Below are positions 13,354 to 25,900 of a stretch of 64,000 nt of DNA, one piece after another. The translations under genes and the position numbers were made by a program. How positions within the stretch are numbered: the stretch's first letter is position 1; every line of letters starts with the position of its first letter. The stretch comes from Eledone cirrhosa (lineage: Eukaryota): contig OZ024758.1 in assembly GCA_964016885.1 (NCBI GenBank), forward strand, positions 39,060,001 to 39,124,000, given 5' to 3'. The notes beneath the pieces were generated by a model. The model was given only the letters and a program-made list of their open reading frames with translations. It ran no database searches and was not told where the DNA came from.

Positions 13354-16300
13354 ATGGTACTAGCTGTCAGAAGTAACTCCACTGTTGGTGAGAATTCATT
13401 TAAGTTCATTGTATTAGCTGTCAGAAGGAACGCCACTGTTGGTGAGAATTCATTTAAGTTCATGGTATTAGCTGTCAGAAGTAACTCCACTGTTGGTGAG
13501 AATTCATTTAAGTTCATGGTACTAGCTGTCAGAAGTAACTCCAATGTTGGTGAGAATTCATTTAAGTTCATGGTATTAGCTGTCAGAAGTAACTCCACTG
13601 TTGGTGAGAATTCATTTAAGTTCATGGTACTAGCTGTCAGAAGTCACTCCACTGTTGGTGAGAATACATTTAAGTTCATGGTACTAGCTGTCAGAAGTAA
13701 CCCCAATGTTGGTGAGAATTCATTTAAGTTCATGGTATTAGCTGTCAGAAGTCACTCCAATGTTGGTGAGAATTCATTTAAGTTCATGGTATTAGCTGTC
13801 AGAAGTAACTCCACTGTTGGTAAGAATTCATTTAAGTTCATGGTATTAGCTGTCAGAAGTAACTCCACTGTTGGTGAGAATTCATTTAAGTTCATGGTAT
13901 TAGCTGTCAGAAAGAACGCCACTGTCGGTGAGAATTCATTTAAGTTCATGGTATTAGCTGTCAGAAGTAACTCCACTGTTGGTGAGAATTCATTTAAGTT
14001 CATGGTACTAGCTGTCAGAAGTAACTCCACTGTTGGTGAGAATTCATTTAAGTTCATGGTATTAGCTGTCAGAAGTCACTCCAATGTTGGTGAGAATTCA
14101 TTTAAGTTCATGGTATTAGCTGTCAGAAGTCACTCCACTGTTGGTGAGAATTCATTTAAGTTCATGGTACTAGCTGTCAGAAGTAACCCCAATGTTGGTG
14201 AGAATTCATTTAAGTTCATGGTATTAGCTGTCAGAAGTCACTCCAATGTTGGTGAGAATTCATTTAAGTTCATGGTATTAGCTGTCAGAAGTAACTCCAC
14301 TGTTGGTGAGAATTCATTTAAGTTCATGGTATTAGCTGTCAGAAGTAACTCCACTGTTGGTGAGAATTCATTTAAGTTCATGGTATTAGCTGTCAGAAGT
14401 AACTCCACTGTTGGTGAGAATTCATTTAAGTTCATGGTATTAGCTGTCAGAAGTAACTCCACTGTTGGTGAGAATTCATTTAAGTCATGGTATTAGCTGT
14501 CAGAAGTAACTCCAATGTTGGTGAGAATTCATTTAAGTTCATGGTATTAGCTGTCAGAAGTCACTCCACTTTTGGTGAGAATTCATTTAAGTTCATGGTA
14601 CTAGCTGTCAGAAGTAACCCCAATGTTGGTGAGAATTCATTTAAGTTCATGGTATTAGCTGTCAGAAGTCACTCCAATGTTGGTGAGAATTCATTTAAGT
14701 TCATGGTATTAGCTGTCAGAAGTAACTCCACTGTTGGTGAGAATTCATTTAAGTTCATGGTATTAGCTGTCAGAAGTAGCTCCACTGTTGGTGAGAATTC
14801 ATTTAAGTTCATGGTATTAGCTGTCAGAAGTAACTCCACTGTTGGTGAGAATTCATTTAAGTTCATGGTATTAGCTGTCAGAAGGAACTCCAATGTTGGT
14901 GAGAATTCATTTAAGTCATGGTACTAGCTGTCAGAAGTAACTCCACTGTTGGTGAGAATTCATTTAAGTTCATGGTATTAGCTGTCAGAAGGAACGCCAC
15001 TGTTGGTGAGAATTCATTTAAATTCATGGTATTAGCTGTCAGAAGTAACTCCACTGTTGGTGAGAATTCATTTAGGTTCATGGTACTAGCTGTCAGAAGT
15101 AACTCCAATGTTGGTGAGAATTCATTTAAGTTCATGGTATTAGCTGTCAGAAGTAACTCCACTGTTGGTGAGAATTCATTTAAGTTCATGGTATTAGCTG
15201 TCAGAAGTCACTCCAATGTTGGTGAGAATTCATTTAAGTCATGGTACTAGCTGTCAGAAGTAACTCCACTGTTGGTGAGAATTCATTTAAGTTCATTGCA
15301 TTAGCTGTCAGAAGGAACGCCACTGTAGGTGAGAATTCATTTAAGTTCATGGTATTAGCTGTCAGAAGTAACTCCACTGTTGGTGAGAATTCATTTAAGT
15401 TCATGGTACTAGCTGTCAGAAGTAACTCCAATGTTGGTGAGAATTCATTTAAGTTCATGGTATTAGCTGTCAGAAGGAACTCCACTGTTGCTGAGAATTC
15501 ATTTAAGTTCATGGTATTAGCTGTCAGAAGTAACTCCACTGTTGGTGAGAATTCATTTAAGTTCATGGTACTAGCTGTCAGAAGTCACTCCACTGTTGGT
15601 GAGAATACATTTAAGTTCATGGTACTAGCTGTCAGAAGTAACCCCAATGTTGGTGAGAATTCATTTAAGTTCATGGTATTAGCTGTCAGAAGACACTCCA
15701 ATGTTGGTGAGAATTCATTTAAGTTCATGGTATTAGCTGTCAGAAGTAACTCCACTGTTGGTAAGAATTCATTTAAGTTCATGGTATTTGCTGTCAGAAG
15801 TAACTCCACTGTTGGTGAGAATTCATTTAAGTTCATGGTATTAGCTGTCAGAAGGAACGCCACTGTTGGTGAGAATTCATTTAAGTTCATGGTATTAGCT
15901 GTCAGAAGTAACTCCACTGTTGGTGAGAATTCATTTAAGTTCATGGTACTAGCTGTCAGAAGTAACTCCACTGTTGGTGAGAATTCATTTAAGTTCATGG
16001 TATTAGCTGTCAGAAGTCACTCCAATGTTGGTGAGAATTCATTTAAGTTCATGGTATTAGCTGTCAGAAGTCACTCCACTGTTGGTAAGAATTCATTTAA
16101 GTTCATGGTATTAGCTGTCAGAAGTAACTCCACTGTTGGTGAGAATTCATTTAAGTTCATGGTATTAGCTGTCAGAAGGAACGCCACTGTTGGTGAGAAT
16201 TCATTTAAGTTCATGGTATTAGCTGTCAGAAGTAACTCCACTGTTGGTGAGAATTCATTTAAGTTCATGGTACTAGCTGTCAGAAGTAACTCCACTGTTG

Positions 16301-19300
16301 GTGAGAATTCATTTAAGTTCATGGTATATAGCTGTCAGAAGTCACTCCAATGTTGGTGAGAATTCATTTAAGTTCATGGTATTAGCTGTCAGAAGTCACT
16401 CCACTGTTGGTGAGAATTCATTTAAGTTCATGGTACTAGCCGTCAGAAGTAACCCCAATGTTGGTGAGAATTCATTTAAGTTCATGGTATTAGCTGTCAG
16501 AAGTCACTCCAATGTTGGTGAGAATTCATTTAAGTTCATGGTATTAGCTGTCAGAAGTAACTCCACTGTTGGTGAGAATTCATTTAAGTTCATGGTATTA
16601 GCTGTCAGAAGTAACTCCACTGTTGGTGAGAATTCATTTAAGTTCATGGTATTAGCTGTCAGAAGTAACTCCACTGTTGGTGAGAATTCATTTAAGTCAT
16701 GGTATTAGCTGTCAGAAGTAACTCCAATGTTGGTGAGAATTCATTTAAGTTCATGGTATTAGCTGTCAGAAGTCACTCCACTGTTGGTGAGAATTCATTT
16801 AAGTTCATGGTACTAGCTGTCAGAAGTAACCCCAATGTTGGTGAGAATTCATTTAAGTTCATGGTATTAGCTGTCAGAAGTCACTCCAATGTTGGTGAGA
16901 ATTCATTTAAGTTCATGGTATTAGCTGTCAGAAGTAACTCCACTGTTGGTGAGAATTCATTTAAGTTCATGGTATTAGCTGTCAGAAGTAACTCCACTGT
17001 TGGTGAGAATTCATTTAAGTTCATGGTATTAGCTGTCAGAAGTAACTCCACTGTTGGTGAGAATTCATTTAAGTTCATGGTATTAGCTGTCAGAAGGAAC
17101 TCCAATGTTGGTGAGAATTCATTTAAGTCATGGTACTAGCTGTCAGAAGTAACTCCACTGTTGGTGAGAATTCATTTAAGTTCATGGTATTAGCTGTCAG
17201 AAGGAACGCCACTGTTGGTGAGAATACATTTAAGTTCATGGTACTAGCTGTCAGAAGTAACCCCAATGTTGGTGAGAATTCATTTAAGTTCATGGTATTA
17301 GCTGTCAGAAGTCACTCCAATGTTGGTGAGAATTCATTTAAGTTCATGGTATTAGCTGTCAGAAGTAACTCCACTGTTGGTAAGAATTCATTTAAGTTCA
17401 TGGTATTAGCTGTCAGAAGTAACTCCACTGTTGGTGAGAATTCATTTAAGTTCATGGTATTAGCTGTCAGAAGGAACGCCACTGTTGGTGAGAATTCATT
17501 TAAGTTCATGGTATTAGCTGTCAGAAGTAACTCCACTGTTGGTGAGAATTCATTTAAGTTCATGGTACTAGCTGTCAGAAGTAACTCCACTGTTGGTGAG
17601 AATTCATTTAAGTTCATGGTATTAGCTGTCAGAAGTCACTCCAATGTTGGTGAGAATTCATTTAAGTTCATGGTATTAGCTGTCAGAAGTCACTCCACTG
17701 TTGGTGAGAATTCATTTAAGTTCATGGTACTAGCTGTCAGAAGTAACCCCAATGTTGGTGAGAATTCATTTAAGTTCATGGTATTAGCTGTCAGAAGTCA
17801 CTCCAATGTTGGTGAGAATTCATTTAAGTTCATGGTATTAGCTGTCAGAAGTAACTCCACTGTTGGTGAGAATTCATTTAAGTTCATGGTATTAGCTGTC
17901 AGAAGTAACTCCACTGTTGGTGAGAATTCATTTAAGTTCATGGTATTAGCTGTCAGAAGTAACTCCACTGTTGGTGAGAATTCATTTAAGTCATGGTATT
18001 AGCTGTCAGAAGTAACTCCAATGTTGGTGAGAATTCATTTAAGTTCATGGTATTAGCTGTCAGAAGTCACTCCACTGTTGGTGAGAATTCATTTAAGTTC
18101 ATGGTACTAGCTGTCAGAAGTAACCCCAATGTTGGTGAGAATTCATTTAAGTTCATGGTATTAGCTGTCAGAAGTCACTCCAATGTTGGTGAGAATTCAT
18201 TTAAGTTCATGGTATTAGCTGTCAGAAGTCACTCCACTGTTGGTGAGAATTCATTTAAGTTCATGGTACTAGCTGTCAGAAGTAACCCCAATGTTGGTGA
18301 GAATTCATTTAAGTTCATGGTATTAGCTGTCAGAAGTCACTCCAATGTTGGTGAGAATTCATTTAAGTTCATGGTATTAGCTGTCAGAAGTAACTCCACT
18401 GTTGGTGAGAATTCATTTAAGTTCATGGTATTAGCTGTCAGAAGTAACTCCACTGTTGGTGAGAATTCATTTAAGTTCATGGTATTAGCTGTCAGAAGTA
18501 ACTCCACTGTTGGTGAGAATTCATTTAAGTCATGGTATTAGCTGTCAGAAGTAACTCCAATGTTGGTGAGAATTCATTTAAGTTCATGGTATTAGCTGTC
18601 AGAAGTCACTCCACTGTTGGTGAGAATTCATTTAAGTTCATGGTACTAGCTGTCAGAAGTAACCCCAATGTTGGTGAGAATTCATTTAAGTTCATGGTAT
18701 TAGCTGTCAGAAGTCACTCCAATGTTGGTGAGAATTCATTTAAGTTCATGGTATTAGCTGTCAGAAGTAACTCCACTGTTGGTGAGAATTCATTTAAGTT
18801 CATGGTATTAGCTGTCAGAAGTAACTCCACTGTTGGTGAGAATTCATTTAAGTTCATTGTATTAGCTGTCAGAAGGAACGCCACTGTTGGTGAGAATTCA
18901 TTTAAGTTCATGGTATTAGCTGTCAGAAGTAACTCCACTGTTGGTGAGAATTCATTTAAGTTCATGGTACTAGCTGTCAGAAGTAACTCCAATGTTGGTG
19001 AGAATTCATTTAAGTTCATGGTATTAGCTGTCAGAAGGAACTCCACTGTTGCTGAGAATTCATTTAAGTTGATGGTATTAGCTGTCAGAAGTAACTCCAC
19101 TGTTGGTGAGAATTCATTTAAGTTCATGGTACTAGCTGTCAGAAGTCACTCCACTGTTGGTGAGAATTCATTTAAGTTCATGGTATTAGCTGTCAGAAGT
19201 AACTCCACTGTTGGTGAGAATTCATTTAAGTCATGGTATTAGCTGTCAGAAGTCACTCCAATGTTGGTGAGAATTCATTTAAGTTCATGGTATTAGCTGT

Positions 19301-19609
19301 CAGAAGTAACTCCACTGTTGGTAAGAATTCATTTAAGTTCATGGTATTAGCTGTCAGAAGTCACTCCACTGTTGGTGAGAATTCATTTAAGTTCATGGTA
19401 CTAGCTGTCAGAAGTAACCCCAATGTTGGTGAGAATTCATTTAAGTTCATGGTATTAGCTGTCAGAAGTCACTCCAATGTTGGTGAGAATTCATTTAAGT
19501 TCATGGTATTAGCTGTCAGAAGTAACTCCACTGTTGGTGAGAATTCATTTAAGTTCATGGTATTAGCTGTCAGAGGTAACTCCACTGTTGGTGAGAATTC
19601 ATTTAAGTC

Positions 19610-22600
19610 ATGGTATTAGCTGTCAGAAGTAACTCCAATGTTGGTGAGAATTCATTTAAGTTCATGGTATTAGCTGTCAGAAGTCACTCCACTGTTGGTG
19701 AGAATTCATTTAAGTTCATGGTACTAGCTGTCAGAAGTAACCCCAATGTTGGTGAGAATTCATTTACGTTCATGGTATTAGCTGTCAGAAGTCACTCCAA
19801 TGTTGGTGAGAATTCATTTAAGTTCATGGTATTAGCTGTCAGAAGTAACTCCACTGTTGGTGAGAATTCATTTAAGTTCATGGTATTAGCTGTCAGAAGT
19901 AACCCCACTGTTGGTGAGAATTCATTTAAGTTCATTGTATTAGCTGTCAGAAGGAACGCCACTGTTGGTGAGAATTCATTTAAGTTCATGGTATTAGCTA
20001 TCAGAAGTAACTCCACTGTTGGTGAGAATTCATTTAAGTTCATGGTACTAGCTGTCAGAAGTAACTCCAATGTTGGTGAGAATTCATTTAAGTTCATGGT
20101 ATTAGCTGTCAGAAGGAACTCCACTGTTGCTGAGAATTCATTTAAGTTCATGGTATTAGCTGTCAGAAGTAACTCCACTGTTGGTGAGAATTCATTTAAG
20201 TTCATGGTACTAGCTGTCAGAAGTCACTCCACTGTTGGTGAGAATACATTTAAGTTCATGGTACTAGCTGTCAGAAGTAACCCCAATGTTGGTGAGAATT
20301 CATTTAAGTTCATGGTATTAGCTGTCAGAAGTCACTCCAATGTTGGTGAGAATTCATTTAAGTTCATGGTATTAGCTGTCAGAAGTAACTCCACTGTTGG
20401 TAAGAATTCATTTAAGTTCATGGTATTAGCTGTCAGAAGTAACTCCACTGTTGGTGAGAATTCATTTAAGTTCATGGTATTAGCTGTCAGAAGGAACGCC
20501 ACTGTTGGTGAGAATTCATTTAAGTTCATGGTATTAGCTGTCAGAAGTAACTCCACTGTTGGTGAGAATTCATTTAAGTTCATGGTACTAGCTGTCAGAA
20601 GTAACTCCACTGTTGGTGAGAATTCATTTAAGTTCATGGTATTAGCTGTCAGAAGTCACTCCAATGTTGGTGAGAATTCATTTAAGTTCATGGTATTAGC
20701 TGTCAGAAGTCACTCCACTGTTGGTGAGAATTCATTTAAGTTCATGGTACTAGCTGTCAGAAGTAACCCCAATGTTGGTGAGAATTCATTTAAGTTCATG
20801 GTATTAGCTGTCAGAAGTCACTCCAATGTTGGTGAGAATTCATTTAAGTTCATGGTATTAGCTGTCAGAAGTAACTCCACTGTTGGTGAGAATTCATTTA
20901 AGTTCATGGTATTAGCTGTCAGAAGTAACACCACTGTTGGTGAGAATTCATTTAAGTTCATGGTATTAGCTGTCAGAAGTAACTCCACTGTTGGTGAGAA
21001 TTCATTTAAGTCATGGTATTAGCTGTCAGAAGTAACTCCAATGTTGGTGAGAATTCATTTAAGTTCATGGTATTAGCTGTCAGAAGTCACTCCACTGTTG
21101 GTGAGAATTCATTTAAGTTCATGGTACTAGCTGTCAGAAGTAACCCCAATGTTGGTGAGAATTCATTTAAGTTCATGGTATTAGCTGTCAGAAGTCACTC
21201 CAATGTTGGTGAGAATTCATTTAAGTTCATGGTATTAGCTGTCAGAAGTCACTCCACTGTTGGTGAGAATTCATTTAAGTTCATGGTACTAGCTGTCAGA
21301 AGTAACCCCAATGTTGGTGAGAATTCATTTAAGTTCATGGTATTAGCTGTCAGAAGTCACTCCAATGTTGGTGAGAATTCATTTAAGTTCATGGTATTAG
21401 CTGTCAGAAGTAACTCCACTGTTGGTGAGAATTCATTTAAGTTCATGGTATTAGCTGTCAGAAGTAACTCCACTGTTGGTGAGAATTCATTTAAGTTCAT
21501 GGTATTAGCTGTCAGAAGTAACTCCACTGTTGGTGAGAATTCATTTAAGTCATGGTATTAGCTGTCAGAAGTAACTCCAATGTTGGTGAGAATTCATTTA
21601 AGTTCATGGTATTAGCTGTCAGAAGTCACTCCACTGTTGGTGAGAATTCATTTAAGTTCATGGTACTAGCTGTCAGAAGTAACCCCAATGTTGGTGAGAA
21701 TTCATTTAAGTTCATGGTATTAGCTGTCAGAAGTCACTCCAATGTTGGTGAGAATTCATTTAAGTTCATGGTATTAGCTGTCAGAAGTAACTCCACTGTT
21801 GGTGAGAATTCATTTAAGTTCATGGTATTAGCTGTCAGAAGTAACTCCACTGTTGGTGAGAATTCATTTAAGTTCATTGTATTAGCTGTCAGAAGGAACG
21901 CCACTGTTGGTGAGAATTCATTTAAGTTCATGGTATTAGCTGTCAGAAGTAACTCCACTGTTGGTGAGAATTCATTTAAGTTCATGGTACTAGCTGTCAG
22001 AAGTAACTCCAATGTTGGTGAGAATTCATTTAAGTTCATGGTATTAGCTGTCAGAAGGAACTCCACTGTTGCTGAGAATTCATTTAAGTTGATGGTATTA
22101 GCTGTCAGAAGTAACTCCACTGTTGGTGAGAATTCATTTAAGTTCATGGTACTAGCTGTCAGAAGTCACTCCACTGTTGGTGAGAATACATTTAAGTTCA
22201 TGGTACTAGCTGTCAGAAGTAACCCCAATGTTGGTGAGAATTCATTTAAGTTCATGGTATTAGCTGTCAGAAGTCACTCCAATGTTGGTGAGAATTCATT
22301 TAAGTTCATGGTATTAGCTGTCAGAAGTAACTCCACTGTTGGTAAGAATTCATTTAAGTTCATGGTATTAGCTGTCAGAAGTAACTCCACTGTTGGTGAG
22401 AATTCATTTAAGTTCATGGTATTAGCTGTCAGAAGGAACGCCACTGTTGGTGAGAATTCATTTAAGTTCATGGTATTAGCTGTCAGAAGTAACTCCACTG
22501 TTGGTGAGAATTCATTTAAGTTCATGGTACTAGCTGTCAGAAGTAACTCCACTGTTGGTGAGAATTCATTTAAGTTCATGGTATTAGCTGTCAGAAGTCA

Positions 22601-22954
22601 CTCCAATGTTGGTGAGAATTCATTTAAGTTCATGGTATTAGCTGTCAGAAGTCACTCCACTGTTGGTGAGAATTCATTTAAGTTCATGGTACTAGCTGTC
22701 AGAAGTAACCCCAATGTTGGTGAGAATTCATTTAAGTTCATGGTATTAGCTGTCAGAAGTCACTCCAATGTTGGTGAGAATTCATTTAAGTTCATGGTAT
22801 TAGCTGTCAGAAGTAACTCCACTGTTGGTGAGAATTCATTTAAGTTCATGGTATTAGCTGTCAGAAGTAACTCCACTGTTGGTGAGAATTCATTTAAGTT
22901 CATGGTATTAGCTGTCAGAAGTAACTCCACTGTTGGTGAGAATTCATTTAAGTC
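19610..22954. repeat. 26-mer (1,403 bp) and 10-mer (539 bp) deletion-derivative HOR units
   Basis: Distances between block starts: 4671>6074, 11197>12600, 19610>21013 and 21552>22955 are all 1,403 bp. 6074>6613, 7692>8231, 10658>11197, 17993>18532 and 21013>21552 are all 539 bp. Variant order equals A1-5+C1-21 for the 26-mer and A1-4+C16-21 for the 10-mer. Confidence 0.85.
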
Positions 22955-25900
22955 ATGGTATTAGCTGTCAGAAGTAACTCCAATGTTGGTGAGAATTCAT
23001 TTAAGTTCATGGTATTAGCTGTCAGAAGTCACTCCACTGTTGGTGAGAATTCATTTAAGTTCATGGTACTAGCTGTCAGAAGTAACCCCAATGTTGGTGA
23101 GAATTCATTTAAGTTCATGGTATTAGCTGTCAGAAGTCACTCCAATGTTGGTGAGAATTCATTTAAGTTCATGGTATTAGCTGTCAGAAGTAACTCCACT
23201 GTTGGTGAGAATTCATTTAAGTTCATGGTATTAGCTGTCAGAAGTAACTCCACTGTTGGTGAGAATTCATTTAAGTTCATGGTATTAGCTGTCAGAAGTA
23301 ACTCCACTGTTGGTGAGAATTCATTTAAGTTCATGGTATTAGCTGTCAGAAGGAACTCCAATGTTGGTGAGAATTCATTTAAGTCATGGTACTAGCTGTC
23401 AGAAGTAACTCCACTGTTGGTGAGAATTCATTTAAGTTCATGGTATTAGCTGTCAGAAGGAACGCCACTGTTGGTGAGAATTCATTTAAATTCATGGTAT
23501 TAGCTGTCAGAAGTAACTCCACTGTTGGTGAGAATTCATTTAAGTTCATGGTACTAGCTGTCAGAAGTAACTCCAATGTTGGTGAGAATTCATTTAAGTT
23601 CATGGTATTAGCTGTCAGAAGTAACTCCACTGTTGGTGAGAATTCATTTAAGTTCATGGTATTAGCTGTCAGAAGTCACTCCAATGTTGGTGAGAATTCA
23701 TTTAAGTCATGGTACTAGCTGTCAGAAGTAACTCCACTGTTGGTGAGAATTCATTTAAGTTCATTGTATTAGCTGTCAGAAGGAACGCCACTGTTGGTGA
23801 GAATTCATTTAAGTTCATGGTATTAGCTGTCAGAAGTAACTCCACTGTTGGTGAGAATTCATTTAAGTTCATGGTACTAGCTGTCAGAAGTAACTCCAAT
23901 GTTGGTGAGAATTCATTTAAGTTCATGGTATTAGCTGTCAGAAGTAACTCCACTGTTGGTGAGAATTCATTTAAGTTCATGGTACTAGCTGTCAGAAGTC
24001 ACTCCACTGTTGGTGAGAATACATTTAAGTTCATGGTACTAGCTGTCAGAAGTAACCCCAATGTTGGTGAGAATTCATTTAAGTTCATGGTATTAGCTGT
24101 CAGAAGTCACTCCAATGTTGGTGAGAATTCATTTAAGTTCATGGTATTAGCTGTCAGAAGTAACTCCACTGTTGGTAAGAATTCATTTAAGTTCATGGTA
24201 TTAGCTGTCAGAAGTAACTCCACTGTTGGTGAGAATTCATTTAAGTTCATGGTATTAGCTGTCAGAAAGAACGCCACTGTCGGTGAGAATTCATTTAAGT
24301 TCATGGTATTAGCTGTCAGAAGTAACTCCACTGTTGGTGAGAATTCATTTAAGTTCATGGTACTAGCTGTCAGAAGTAACTCCACTGTTGGTGAGAATTC
24401 ATTTAAGTTCATGGTATTAGCTGTCAGAAGTCACTCCAATGTTGGTGAGAATTCATTTAAGTTCATGGTATTAGCTGTCAGAAGTCACTCCACTGTTGGT
24501 GAGAATTCATTTAAGTTCATGGTACTAGCTGTCAGAAGTAACCCCAATGTTGGTGAGAATTCATTTAAGTTCATGGTATTAGCTGTCAGAAGTCACTCCA
24601 ATGTTGGTGAGAATTCATTTAAGTTCATGGTATTAGCTGTCAGAAGTAACTCCACTGTTGGTGAGAATTCATTTAAGTTCATGGTATTAGCTGTCAGAAG
24701 TAACTCCACTGTTGGTGAGAATTCATTTAAGTTCATGGTATTAGCTGTCAGAAGTAACTCCACTGTTGGTGAGAATTCATTTAAGTTCATGGTATTAGCT
24801 GTCAGAAGTAACTCCACTGTTGGTGAGAATTCATTTAAGTCATGGTATTAGCTGTCAGAAGTAACTCCAATGTTGGTGAGAATTCATTTAAGTTCATGGT
24901 ATTAGCTGTCAGAAGTCACTCCACTGTTGGTGAGAATTCATTTAAGTTCATGGTACTAGCTGTCAGAAGTAACCCCAATGTTGGTGAGAATTCATTTAAG
25001 TTCATGGTATTAGCTGTCAGAAGTCACTCCAATGTTGGTGAGAATTCATTTAAGTTCATGGTATTAGCTGTCAGAAGTAACTCCACTGTTGGTGAGAATT
25101 CATTTAAGTTCATGGTATTAGCTGTCAGAAGTAGCTCCACTGTTGGTGAGAATTCATTTAAGTTCATGGTATTAGCTGTCAGAAGTAACTCCACTGTTGG
25201 TGAGAATTCATTTAAGTTCATGGTATTAGCTGTCAGAAGGAACTCCAATGTTGGTGAGAATTCATTTAAGTCATGGTACTAGCTGTCAGAAGTAACTCCA
25301 CTGTTGGTGAGAATTCATTTAAGTTCATGGTATTAGCTGTCAGAAGGAACGCCACTGTTGGTGAGAATTCATTTAAATTCATGGTATTAGCTGTCAGAAG
25401 TAACTCCACTGTTGGTGAGAATTCATTTAGGTTCATGGTACTAGCTGTCAGAAGTAACTCCAATGTTGGTGAGAATTCATTTAAGTTCATGGTATTAGCT
25501 GTCAGAAGTAACTCCACTGTTGGTGAGAATTCATTTAAGTTCATGGTATTAGCTGTCAGAAGTCACTCCAATGTTGGTGAGAATTCATTTAAGTCATGGT
25601 ACTAGCTGTCAGAAGTAACTCCACTGTTGGTGAGAATTCATTTAAGTTCATTGTATTAGCTGTCAGAAGGAACGCCACTGTAGGTGAGAATTCATTTAAG
25701 TTCATGGTATTAGCTGTCAGAAGTAACTCCACTGTTGGTGAGAATTCATTTAAGTTCATGGTACTAGCTGTCAGAAGTAACTCCAATGTTGGTGAGAATT
25801 CATTTAAGTTCATGGTATTAGCTGTCAGAAGGAACTCCACTGTTGCTGAGAATTCATTTAAGTTCATGGTATTAGCTGTCAGAAGTAACTCCACTGTTGG

